32,000 nucleotides of DNA from Desulfobulbus propionicus DSM 2032 (GCF_000186885.1 NC_014972.1:90001-122000); one strand, 5' to 3'. Positions 18,508 to 27,306 are shown, counted from the first letter of the stretch. Numbers and translations: made by a program. The notes: a model not told the origin generated them from the sequence alone.

Positions 18508-18693
18508 ATGCCGACAAACACCGATCTGTCCTCCGTACCCGAGGGCGAGAACTTCCCGGCCGCGATGGCGGCGGACAGGTACCGCCAGTCCCGGCTGGGT
18601 GGTCCGCGGGTCATCCTCTACCTGCTCGCGGCCGACTTGGTGGTTGTGGCGGCCGCCATGGTGGGGGTGGTCTGCTGGTGGCTGCTGCGCTAG
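18508..18693 (+). CDS. Small single-pass membrane protein (copy 1)
   Basis: MPTNTDLSSVPEGENFPAAMAADRYRQSRLGGPRVILYLLAADLVVVAAAMVGVVCWWLLR; clear paralogue at 21156-21329. Confidence 0.75.
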   Translation: MPTNTDLSSVPEGENFPAAMAADRYRQSRLGGPRVILYLLAADLVVVAAAMVGVVCWWLLR

Positions 18694-19050
18694 CGGCCGT
18701 AGTGGCCTGTCATCATGACCGGGCAAGGGTTCGCCATCGGTCATTGTGCGAGCCAACGGCGTGCCAAGAATCCCCCAGAACGAGCCAGGTGGGCTGCCAG
18801 GACGCCTGGACGAAGGGTTCGTCCTGTTCGGCGGCGGCCGAGGAGCGACCCAAAAAACACTATCATGGCAAGATACGCAGCAGGCCGGATAGCCGACTTG
18901 GAGCAGAGACCGGCTTCGCGGAAAAGAACGCTTCCTCCCCCGCGATTGGCATCGATCTTGGCCGGCCCCTGATGCTGAGGGCGAAAGTCCCCAGACGGTA
19001 CATTCGCCAGCAAACGGCGGGCCACTAAAAACAATCAAATGGAGCGAACA

Positions 19051-20852
19051 ATGAAGAAGCGATTTGTAGCCATCAGTCTCACCTTGGGCTCGCTGGCCCT
19101 GGCCGGCGGAGCCCAGGCCGAAACCCTGGTTGTCACTCAGAAGGTGACCGTGGGCAGTAACACGACCGTGACCCAGGGGGATCAGAACACTGCTGCCATT
19201 CAGGCCATGAACGCGGTCAATACTCTCGGTACGCTCAACGGGACCAGCCAGAAGGTGGAGATGGGCACCTACACCCTGGGCTTGAGCCAAACGGGGGCGA
19301 CAACAACCACTTCGTCCCAGGCCGCGAACACCGTCAAAGCCGACACCATAAGCGCAGCCTTTTCGCAGGAGGTGAACAGTACAGCCGCTGCCAGCGCCAT
19401 CGCGCTGACCCAGTCGGCGCAGGGCGTAGCGAATGTCCAGGCCCTCAACCTGGCTGGTGCAACCACGGTCGTTGGCAGTTCGGGTGCGTTCGCCCAGAAA
19501 GTGACGCCGACCGGGGCCGCTGGCGACATCACCTGACCCAGGTCACCGCCACGGGAAAGGACAGTGTGCAGGCGGCCAACGTCCTGGCCGGCACAACTGT
19601 TACCAGTGCGACGCAGGCAGTGGATAACGACACCACCGGCGCGGGGGATATCACCCTGGCACAGGCCACTGGTACCAGCAACATCTCCCAGGCCGTCAAT
19701 CACACCGAAGCAGGGACCATCACAGCCCTCAACCAGAACATCAACACCGTGGAGCTGGTGCTCGGTCAGACCGGCGGGAGCAAAAACTCGCAGGTGGGCA
19801 ACCATGCCAAGGCCCTCACCAATGTAACGACTCTCGCTCAGCAGACGAAAGCTTCCCGCAAGATCGACATGGATCAGGTCACTGGTGGCGATGGCAATCT
19901 GCAGGCACTCAACGCCGCCGAGGTGACCAAGGTCAGCGGTACGGTCTCCCAGACAGTCAGCACCGGCCTTACGAACATCGATCTCAAACAAGAACAGCAA
20001 ACAAGCAGCCAACAGACCGCCAACTACCTGACCTCTCCCGGCACCGTGGCCTCTGTCACCCAGGTCTCCTACTATAACAGCCCCAGAATAGCGACCCTGC
20101 TCCAGGACAACACGACTACCGCCCAGCAGGCCTTGAACTTCATAGAAATGACAGGTGGGGCTGATAAGCTCACCAAGGGAACCCAGACCGTGGGCCTTGC
20201 CACCCTGGACATGGGCCAGGGTGAGACGGGCGCCAACAGCGGCTCCGACCAGGCGGTGAACCTGCTCTTCTTGGACGACAACCTCGTCTTGGCAACGCAA
20301 ACAGTGACAGCGGACATTGATCTCACCCAGGCAAAAGGCGCGGATAACACCCAGGCCGTCAACTCCGTCTCCGGTAAGAACATCACCACCAAACTGACCC
20401 AGACGGTCACTGGCGTCAGCGATAACATGACCCAGGGCGGCGATGGGGCGAGCAATAACTTCCAGGCCGGCAACTTCCTGGATGTCGAGTATGCGAATGG
20501 CACCATCGCTTCCGTCCAGCAGAACTACAACGCCACCACCTTAGCGCGCATGAGGCAGGATGGGATCACTTCGGGCGTGCAGGGGCTGAACGTGATCGAC
20601 GCCTCGCGGTCGGGCGTAAAAGTGACCAGCGCGGACCAGAATGTGGTTGTACCGGCGCTGACCATGCGACAGGGGGAGAGCAAAGGGACTGCGACCAGCG
20701 TCCAGGCGGGGAACACGGTGCTCGCCGGATCCACCGCGGTTGGCGGCAAGGTTGATCAGGACGTGCTCGTCGCCACCACCCTGGCCATGACCCAGGCGAA
20801 CGCCACCACATCCACCCAGGCGGCCAACTTTACCGGCAACCGGCCGCGGTAA
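19051..20852 (+). pseudogene. Secreted Q/N-patterned repeat protein, copy 1 (curli/Hfa-like), interrupted by a -1 frameshift at ~19533
   Basis: GGAG-RBS then MKKRFVAISLTLGSLALAGGAQAETLVVTQKVTVG... Open to TGA at 19534-19536; continues as LTQVTATGKDSVQAANVL...TQAANFTGNRPR in the -1 frame. 15 repeats align 1:1 with the protein at 21684-23474. Confidence 0.82.
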
Positions 20853-20936
20853 CCCACTGACCAGGAGCCCGCCCAGGGGGATCGGGGCTGGCGTTGTTGT
20901 TGTCGTGGGCGAGAGAACGAGCGCCGACACCCTGGC

Positions 20937-21111
20937 GTGGCCGTTGGCGGCCCGGGCGGCCTGGGAGACCCTGGCCGCGGAGGGGCGGCAACTCCTTCGC
21001 GAGGGGGCGCCCCCGGCAATCGCGGCCGACAACCGGAACGAACTGCACACCCTGGCCGACCGATTTGCCGCCCGGCGGCTGCCGGTCCTGCAGGCCTTGC
21101 TGGTGGTGTGA
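20937..21111 (+). pseudogene. Duplicated 3' fragment of the upstream methyltransferase gene
   Basis: LAARAAWETLAAEGRQLLREGAPPAIAADNRNELHTLADRFAARRLPVLQALLVV* matches ARAWETLVAEGRQLLREGVALATAADNLDELHALADRFAARRLPVLQALQVV* at 18288-18462. Confidence 0.85.
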
Positions 21112-21155
21112 CCACAGCCCGGGCCGAGCCGACGAACCTCACTCGAGAGACGACC

Positions 21156-21329
21156 ATGCAGACCAATGCCGACCTGTGTTCCGTTCTTGAAAGCGAGACC
21201 GTCCCGACCGCGACGGATGGGGAACGCCGCGACCCACTGGGTGGTCCGCGGGTCATCCTTTACCTGCTGGTGGCCGACCTGTTACTCGTGGCCGCGGTCG
21301 GGGTGACCGCCTGGTGGCTGCTGCGCTAG
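21156..21329 (+). CDS. Small single-pass membrane protein (copy 2)
   Basis: MQTNADLCSVLESETVPTATDGERRDPLGGPRVILYLLVADLLLVAAVGVTAWWLLR; paralogue of 18508-18693. Confidence 0.75.
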   Translation: MQTNADLCSVLESETVPTATDGERRDPLGGPRVILYLLVADLLLVAAVGVTAWWLLR

Positions 21330-21683
21330 GGGGGCAGGGCGCGGACTGTCGTCTTGAGCGGTGGCGGAGGGAACCACCGTTCATTCTGAAAGACGGAAGC
21401 CGTGCGCAAGAACCTCGGAGCCGACCCATCAGCATCGGAGGAACGGCGATCCAGAATGCCGCACAAGTCGGAGGTGGTCGCGGAAAAGAGAAAAAATTCA
21501 GAAAAAAAGGAGGATGGGAAAGGAGCCGGCTTGTTGCCAGCGGTCTACAAGAAACTAAAAAGAAAAATGTCGTCTCTGTTCTCTGCCTGGCATCGATGTT
21601 GCCTTAGCGCTGACAGAGAGAAACGACAGCAGGAGTTACATCACCACAACACATAGCACCAAACCCTAAAAAAGGAGCAAAGT

Positions 21684-23474
21684 ATGAAAAAACGTTATGT
21701 CGCAATCAGCCTGACCCTGGGGTCGCTGGCCCTGGCCGGTGGAGCCCAGGCCGACACCTGGGACGTGACCCAGAAGGTGACCGTGGGCGCAAACACGACC
21801 GTGACCCAGGGGGACGGGAACACTTCCGCCACCCAGGCGATGAACGCCATCGACGTGGAGACCCTCAATGGCACCAGCCAGGCGGTTGAGATGGGGACTT
21901 TTACCTTGACCTTGACGCAAACGGGTGCGTCAACGGCTACTTCGAACCAGGCCGCCAACTATGTTCAAGCGGACACTATTTCTAAAGCCTTTTCGCAGGA
22001 CGTGAACAGTGCGGCGGCAGCCAGCGCCATCGCGCTGACCCAGTCGGCCGTCGGCACTGCCAATATCCAGGCGCTCAACATGGCCGACGGCGGAACGGTT
22101 GGCAGTACGGGAATATTCTCTCAGGAAGTCACCCCTACCGGAGCGGCAGGCGACATTACCCTGACGCAGACCACTACAATGGGCGCTGACAGTGTGCAGG
22201 CAGCGAACTATATCAACGGCACGACCATCACAAGTGCAATCCAGACAGTCGACAACGACAACACCGGTAACGGGGATATTGCCCTTGTGCAGCCGATCGG
22301 GACAGGAAGCATCACCCAGGCGGTCAACTATGCCACGGCTGAAACCATCACCTCGCTTGCGCAGAATATTAAAACCGTGGATCTCGTGCTTGGTCAGGCC
22401 GGCGGGACCAGCAATGTGCAGGTGGGGAACTATGCGCAGGCCACTACAGTCGTTGATACGCTTCTGTCACAGAAGACTGACGCTTCCGGCATGATCGACA
22501 TGGATCAGATCACCGCTGGCTCCGGCAATCTGCAGGCGGTCAATGCCGCGGATGTAAAATCGGTTACCGGCGCTGTCACCCAGGCGGCAACGACCGGCGC
22601 CACGAACATCAATCTTAACCAGAACAACCAGACTAACAGCCAGCAGTTCGTCAACTACCTGACCTCGACCGGAACGGTGGCCTCCGTCACGCAGGATTAC
22701 CTGAATAGCGGTAAGACCGCCACTCTTGTTCAGGACATGGCTACCGCCTCACAACAGGCACTGAACGCCATTGAAATGACTGGTGGCGCTGACGTGCTGA
22801 CCAAGGGAACGCAGACCGTGACCCTCGCCACCTTGAGCTTGAGCCAGGGGGAAACTGCCGATAACACGGGCTCCAGCCAGGCGGCTAACCTGCTTCTGTC
22901 GGGGAACGACATTGCTGAAGCGTCCCAGACAGTGACGGCGGATATCGATGTGACCCAAGAGCTGGGGACCGGTAACCTTCAGGCCGTTAACCTCGCAGCT
23001 GGCATTGACATAACCACCAGCCTCACCCAGACAATCAATGGTACATCCGATACTTTCGAGCAGGGCGGCACCGGCGCCGCAACCAACACCCAGGCTGGCA
23101 ACTACCTGGATGTCGGCGCAACTGGTACGGTTAAATCGGTGGTACAGGACTATAGCGCGACCGCCTCTGTCCTCATGGATCAGGATGATATCACGAGTGG
23201 CGTGCAGGGGTTGAACGTTATTGACGCCTCGGCATCTGGCGTGACGGTGACCAGTGCGGACCAGAACGTCACCGTTCCCTCCCTGACCATGCACCAGGGA
23301 CGGGACGTCGGGACGACAACCAGCGTCCAGGCCGGCAACGCGGTGATCACAGATGCCGTCGCCACCGGAGGCGCGGTCAATCAGGATGTAAGTGTCACCA
23401 CCCTGGCCATGACCCAGGCGAATGGCAACAAATCCATCCAGGCCGCCAACTATGTCGGCTCCATGCCCAATTAA
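21684..23474 (+). CDS. Secreted Q/N-patterned 15-repeat protein, copy 2 (curli/Hfa-like putative fibre or adhesin subunit)
   Basis: Signal peptide MKKRYVAISLTLGSLALAGGAQA, then 15 repeats such as DVNSAAAASAIALTQSAVGTANIQALNMADGGTVGSTGIFSQ and TVTADIDVTQELGTGNLQAVNLAAGIDITTSLTQ. Confidence 0.85.
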   Translation: MKKRYVAISLTLGSLALAGGAQADTWDVTQKVTVGANTTVTQGDGNTSATQAMNAIDVETLNGTSQAVEMGTFTLTLTQTGASTATSNQAANYVQADTISKAFSQDVNSAAAASAIALTQSAVGTANIQALNMADGGTVGSTGIFSQEVTPTGAAGDITLTQTTTMGADSVQAANYINGTTITSAIQTVDNDNTGNGDIALVQPIGTGSITQAVNYATAETITSLAQNIKTVDLVLGQAGGTSNVQVGNYAQATTVVDTLLSQKTDASGMIDMDQITAGSGNLQAVNAADVKSVTGAVTQAATTGATNINLNQNNQTNSQQFVNYLTSTGTVASVTQDYLNSGKTATLVQDMATASQQALNAIEMTGGADVLTKGTQTVTLATLSLSQGETADNTGSSQAANLLLSGNDIAEASQTVTADIDVTQELGTGNLQAVNLAAGIDITTSLTQTINGTSDTFEQGGTGAATNTQAGNYLDVGATGTVKSVVQDYSATASVLMDQDDITSGVQGLNVIDASASGVTVTSADQNVTVPSLTMHQGRDVGTTTSVQAGNAVITDAVATGGAVNQDVSVTTLAMTQANGNKSIQAANYVGSMPN

Positions 23475-23487
23475 CCTATTTTCTGGT

Positions 23488-23518
23488 ACCAGCCCCGGGA
23501 AACCGGGGGGCTGGTGTT
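23488..23518 (+). terminator. Putative terminator/attenuator hairpin after copy 2
   Basis: ACCAGCCCC...GGGGCTGGT followed by a short T-rich stretch (gtttc). Confidence 0.5.
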
Positions 23519-23706
23519 TCTGGTTTCGGGGAAGAGATGGCGGGCACCAGCTGGATCTGATTGAGCACCTGGCAATGGCCTGCGGAACTGAGGCCCCGTC
23601 AGTGGCTGGATTCAGGAGTATCACCGCCTCGCACCACGTGGCTCCACCGTCCTGCCCGGGATGTACAGCGGTGGGCGACAACAGTAACCGGCCGGAGGAA
23701 GGCCTC

Positions 23707-24150
23707 ATGCACAATCAGTGGCGAACACGTCCACCGGCACCACCCGTGCCTGGTCGACGCCCATGGAAAACCATCAGCCGGTTGAAGGCCTTTGCGCTCG
23801 TGGTGGCAGTCGTGCTGCTCGCACCGGACCCGGCCGCCAGCTCGATCCGCAACCGGCTGTCCCCCTCCTACCCGAGCATCCCGCCGGACTACACCGTGCT
23901 GCAGCCTGGCCGTATGGTGGCCGAGGCCAAGGTCGATTTCCCGGCCTACTACGTCGACCGCACCAACGGCTTCCGGGTGACCGCCCCGGATGGCCGACAA
24001 TTCGTGGTCGACAATGTCGAAAAGCCCAAATGCGCTTTCTACGGAACCTACATCAACAGCGAGGAGAACGCCCTCTCTAGTCCGGGCGCGGGCATGACCA
24101 TCAACAGTTCCGTCTACGTGGGGGAGGTAAATTTTGAAAACTGCAGGTAA
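23707..24150 (+). CDS. Small secreted protein, HfaA-like (tentative)
   Basis: Hydrophobic N-terminal signal segment, then NGFRVTAPDGRQFVVDNVEKPKCAFYGTYINSEENALSSPGAGMTINSSVYVGEVNFENCR; overlaps the CsgG/HfaB-like gene by 17 nt. Confidence 0.55.
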   Translation: MHNQWRTRPPAPPVPGRRPWKTISRLKAFALVVAVVLLAPDPAASSIRNRLSPSYPSIPPDYTVLQPGRMVAEAKVDFPAYYVDRTNGFRVTAPDGRQFVVDNVEKPKCAFYGTYINSEENALSSPGAGMTINSSVYVGEVNFENCR

Positions 24151-25165
24151 TACGTTTCGTCGATCGGCCATCAGGGCAGGCGCCGTTCTCTGTGCGCTGG
24201 CGTTTTTGTCCGGATGCGCCAGCGAGTACCGGACCAAGGTCAGCACTGATTTCAAGGAGAAGCCCAAGGTCAGCCAGACGAACATGTCCGGCGCCATCGC
24301 CTGCATGGCCAACACCCTGCAGCACAGCGACACCGCCAGCGCCTACATCCTTTTGGTGCGCGACGTCAAGGACGGCACGGTCAAGGACAGCGACCTGACC
24401 GATGGGCCGCTGTCGGACGCCGGCCGGATCATGCTGCTCAACACCCTGAGCGAGCATCTCTATCCGCACGCCGGCCTGGTACCGGACACCTTTCCCTTCA
24501 TCTACCTGGCAACCGGCCGGGAGGATGTTGGCCTGAACCGGTTCGGCCTGCCGTCGCCGGAGAACATGCAGCAGTTCCTGGGCATCTACGAGCCGATTAT
24601 CCAGGCGGCGCGCAAGAAGAAGAACCTGCCGCCGGTGGGCAACATCGTGCCGCTGGTGATCAGCGCCCAATTTTCCCGCTTCGATTCGGACAACGCCGCC
24701 CAGGACGGCATCGCGCACAATATCGGCACCCGCACCAAGCAGCTGGCGGAAAACGAGGAAGATGACCGCTGGCGCAAGTTCGCCGGCGAGGCGAGCGTGG
24801 GCCTGACCTCCTCGGCCCGGTTGATCTCACTGGTCATCAACCTGATAGACCCGCGCAACAACTTGGTGGTTGCCTCGCAGTCGTTTGACCTGATTTTCTA
24901 CCGCGACAACAAAACCTACCGCCTGCGCGCCGCGCTCGGCGAAGGCTACTACGGGTTCTCCAAGGACAACGTGGTGGTCGAAGGCGTACACAGCGCCCAG
25001 AAGCTGCTCCTCGACGCCGCCGCCCTGTGGATCCTCAACAAGGCCTACGGTGACCAGGAGCGGTTCGCGACCTGCTTCAGCCCGGAGGAACAGCAGGTGA
25101 CCCTGTCACCGGTGGAGTTCCACCAGAAGAAGGAAGAACCGCCCACCGTGGGGAAAACGAAATGA
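24134..25165 (+). CDS. CsgG/HfaB-like outer-membrane lipoprotein
   Basis: Lipobox LSGC in ALCALAFLSGCASEY; MLLNTLSEHLYP, LVISAQFSRFDSDN, ARLISLVINLIDPRNNLVVASQSFDLIFYRD pattern characteristic of CsgG/HfaB proteins. Confidence 0.68.
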   Translation: MKTAGNTFRRSAIRAGAVLCALAFLSGCASEYRTKVSTDFKEKPKVSQTNMSGAIACMANTLQHSDTASAYILLVRDVKDGTVKDSDLTDGPLSDAGRIMLLNTLSEHLYPHAGLVPDTFPFIYLATGREDVGLNRFGLPSPENMQQFLGIYEPIIQAARKKKNLPPVGNIVPLVISAQFSRFDSDNAAQDGIAHNIGTRTKQLAENEEDDRWRKFAGEASVGLTSSARLISLVINLIDPRNNLVVASQSFDLIFYRDNKTYRLRAALGEGYYGFSKDNVVVEGVHSAQKLLLDAAALWILNKAYGDQERFATCFSPEEQQVTLSPVEFHQKKEEPPTVGKTK

Positions 25166-25929
25166 TCGGGTGGGGCCACACCTGGTGGATGGCGGCTGTG
25201 GTGGCTCTGCTGCTTTTCGCGGACGAGCCTGCCGCGGCGGACAGCTGGACAGTGACCCAGAAGGCGACGATCGGCAGCCCGACCATCCTGGCCCAGGGCG
25301 ATAACCAGGGATCAACCCAGGCTATCAATGCCATTATGCTCGGGGACGGGGGGACGGTGGTCAAGGCGACGCAGACCGTCGAGGTGGCCGGCGGCCTGAC
25401 CCTCAGCCAGGCCGGGGGCAGCGGCAGCCGCCAGGCCGGCAACCTGGTCGAGGCGGGAACGATCACCGAGGCGTTGCAGACGCTGTCCGCCGGCGCGACA
25501 ACGATTGTGCAGACCACTGCCGGCGACGATAATTGGCAGGCCCTGAACATGGCCAATGCCACCGGAGGCGGTGGCGGTATCGGCTCGATCGGGCAGACCG
25601 CCACGGTCGAGTCGCTCAATTTCGCCCTTGCCGGCGGTGAAGGCAACCGCCAGGCCGGCAACCTCGTGACGGGATCCTCGGCCGGCAGTTCGATAACCCA
25701 GACGCTGACCTGCAGTGGCACGGTGACTTACGCCGACAACTATGTGATCGCCGGAGTGAATAACCTGCAGGCCGGAAACGCGGTGTTCGGGGGCACAAAT
25801 GTCGCCAGTGTGACCCAGGCGTTCACGGCCAACGGTGTGGAGGTGACCGCACCGCCTGAAATCGATGGAGCCAACAACATCAAGGCTGCCAATTACCTGG
25901 AGACGGGCCATGGTTCGCCCGATCCCTGA
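25162..25929 (+). CDS. Secreted short Q/N-patterned repeat protein (~6 repeats; HfaD-/minor-subunit-like)
   Basis: Signal peptide, then DSWTVTQKATIGSPTILAQGDNQGSTQAINAIML... SQAGGSGSRQAGNLVEAGTITEALQ... same repeat grammar as the large proteins. ATGA overlap with the preceding gene. Confidence 0.78.
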   Translation: MIGWGHTWWMAAVVALLLFADEPAAADSWTVTQKATIGSPTILAQGDNQGSTQAINAIMLGDGGTVVKATQTVEVAGGLTLSQAGGSGSRQAGNLVEAGTITEALQTLSAGATTIVQTTAGDDNWQALNMANATGGGGGIGSIGQTATVESLNFALAGGEGNRQAGNLVTGSSAGSSITQTLTCSGTVTYADNYVIAGVNNLQAGNAVFGGTNVASVTQAFTANGVEVTAPPEIDGANNIKAANYLETGHGSPDP

Positions 25930-25999
25930 GCTGCATCCGGTCTGGTCGGCCAAGACTCTCCGTGACACTTCGCCAGACGGCACCAAAGACAGGGGGCTC

Positions 26000-26476
26000 A
26001 TGAACAGACGCTTCCTCCTCCTGATTGTTCTGCTGCTCCTGCTGGCCAGCCAGTCCGTTCTCGCGCAGGAACCGCCGCAATCCCTGCTCGACCGGCAGGT
26101 ACGGTCGGTCTATTACGAGACCGACAGTTACGGCTCGCAGCCGCTGCGAGTCACCTTGGGTGAACTCATCAAGCACGGCCTGTTGCCTGGTGACTGGGAC
26201 CTGGTAGCGGACACGGTGTGGCACTACATCGTCCCCACCGGCGACCACGGAGGTCGTGTGCGCTTCGAGTTCACGGTGATCACCGACCCGCAATGGCGCC
26301 ACCTGTTCACTAACGAAGTAATTGTCACCGGCCTCCAGGTGGGGGGGCGGGACCTCCCCAGGCCGGAAATTTGGGCCGTTCTGCTGCCTTTGGCTGTCGA
26401 GGTGCGCGCCCGGGTACGCCTGCCTGCCGAGTCGCAGGCCTCCACTCTGGCATGGAAGGCGGTACTCAAACCGTAG
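26000..26476 (+). CDS. Secreted protein of unknown function in the fibre locus
   Basis: MNRRFLLLIVLLLLLASQSVLAQEPP signal peptide; 158 aa; co-directional with the CsgG-like gene. Confidence 0.68.
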   Translation: MNRRFLLLIVLLLLLASQSVLAQEPPQSLLDRQVRSVYYETDSYGSQPLRVTLGELIKHGLLPGDWDLVADTVWHYIVPTGDHGGRVRFEFTVITDPQWRHLFTNEVIVTGLQVGGRDLPRPEIWAVLLPLAVEVRARVRLPAESQASTLAWKAVLKP

Positions 26477-26576
26477 CTTCTGCCACCGCAGTCACTGCCG
26501 CGTCAGGCATCACGAATGCTGACGGCACCTGCAAACTTCAGCCCCGGATGTCTCCGGGTCCTTGTAAGGAATCAGC

Positions 26577-27227
26577 ATGGACAAGAGCGTATTTCTGAAC
26601 AGACGCCGGCCAGAACGGCGCGTGCTCCTCTTCTTCGCCCTGCTTGCCGGCATCCTGGCCGGACCGTTTCAGGGCGAGGCGTCTGCCGCGGATGCGAAGG
26701 GCAATTTCGCGGTGCGCGGCGTTGGCTCGCTGACCTGTCCCCAGCTGGTCAGCTCCCTTACCGCCAAGGACGAACAGGCCAAGCGGGAGTCCATCCTCCT
26801 CTACATAAGTTGGATCGACGGTTATCTCAGCCACGTCAATCGGGGCGAGTCCGCTACCTTTGACATTGTCCCCTTCGTGCAAACCCAGGACATGCTGGCT
26901 GTGGTGCTCACCCAATGCCAGACGCGCCAGGACGTCCTGGTGGAAACGGTCCTCCTCCAGACCCTCGGCGCACTGGCACCGGCCCGGGTGCACACCGATT
27001 CACCCGTGGTCGCGGTGCGTGTGGGTAAACGCGAAGGCAACCTGCGCAAGGAAACCATTCTAGCCATTCAGAACAAGCTGATCGAACGAAATCTGTTCAA
27101 GGGAAGCGCCAAAGGAGAGTTCAACGACGCTTCGCGCAAGGCCCTGGCCGCTTTTCAGAAGTCGGTCAAGCTCGATGGAACCGGGTTCCCGGACGTCGAC
27201 ACCATTATTCGGCTGCTGCTCTCCTGA
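26577..27227 (+). CDS. Exported protein with C-terminal peptidoglycan-binding-like domain
   Basis: Signal-like N-terminus; conserved-looking SLTCPQLV...YISWIDGYLSHVN; C-terminal FNDASRKALAAFQKSVKLDGTGFPDVDTIIRLLL typical of PG_binding_1. Confidence 0.72.
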   Translation: MDKSVFLNRRRPERRVLLFFALLAGILAGPFQGEASAADAKGNFAVRGVGSLTCPQLVSSLTAKDEQAKRESILLYISWIDGYLSHVNRGESATFDIVPFVQTQDMLAVVLTQCQTRQDVLVETVLLQTLGALAPARVHTDSPVVAVRVGKREGNLRKETILAIQNKLIERNLFKGSAKGEFNDASRKALAAFQKSVKLDGTGFPDVDTIIRLLLS

Positions 27228-27306
27228 TTTCCCGCACCAAACTCCCCTGCCCCTCCGTCCAGCTGGTGGGGCCACCTGTCACAACCCATCTATCAAGCAT
27301 AGAAAC

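Larger units (their letters stand above)
18288..23474 (+). repeat. Tandem segmental duplication, ~2.63 kb period (methyltransferase 3' end + small TM gene + leader + repeat-protein gene)
   Basis: Equivalent landmarks are offset by 2649 (methyltransferase-end stop), 2636 (TM gene stop), 2633 (repeat-gene start) and 2622 nt (repeat-gene stop). Confidence 0.85.

Noticed and set aside
19051-25929. Interpretation as toxin/CDI or RTX-type repeat proteins
   Set aside because: No nonapeptide GGxGxDxxx repeats, no TPS or C-terminal toxin domain. The Q/N-patterned units and adjacent CsgG-like lipoprotein fit a curli/Hfa-like model better.
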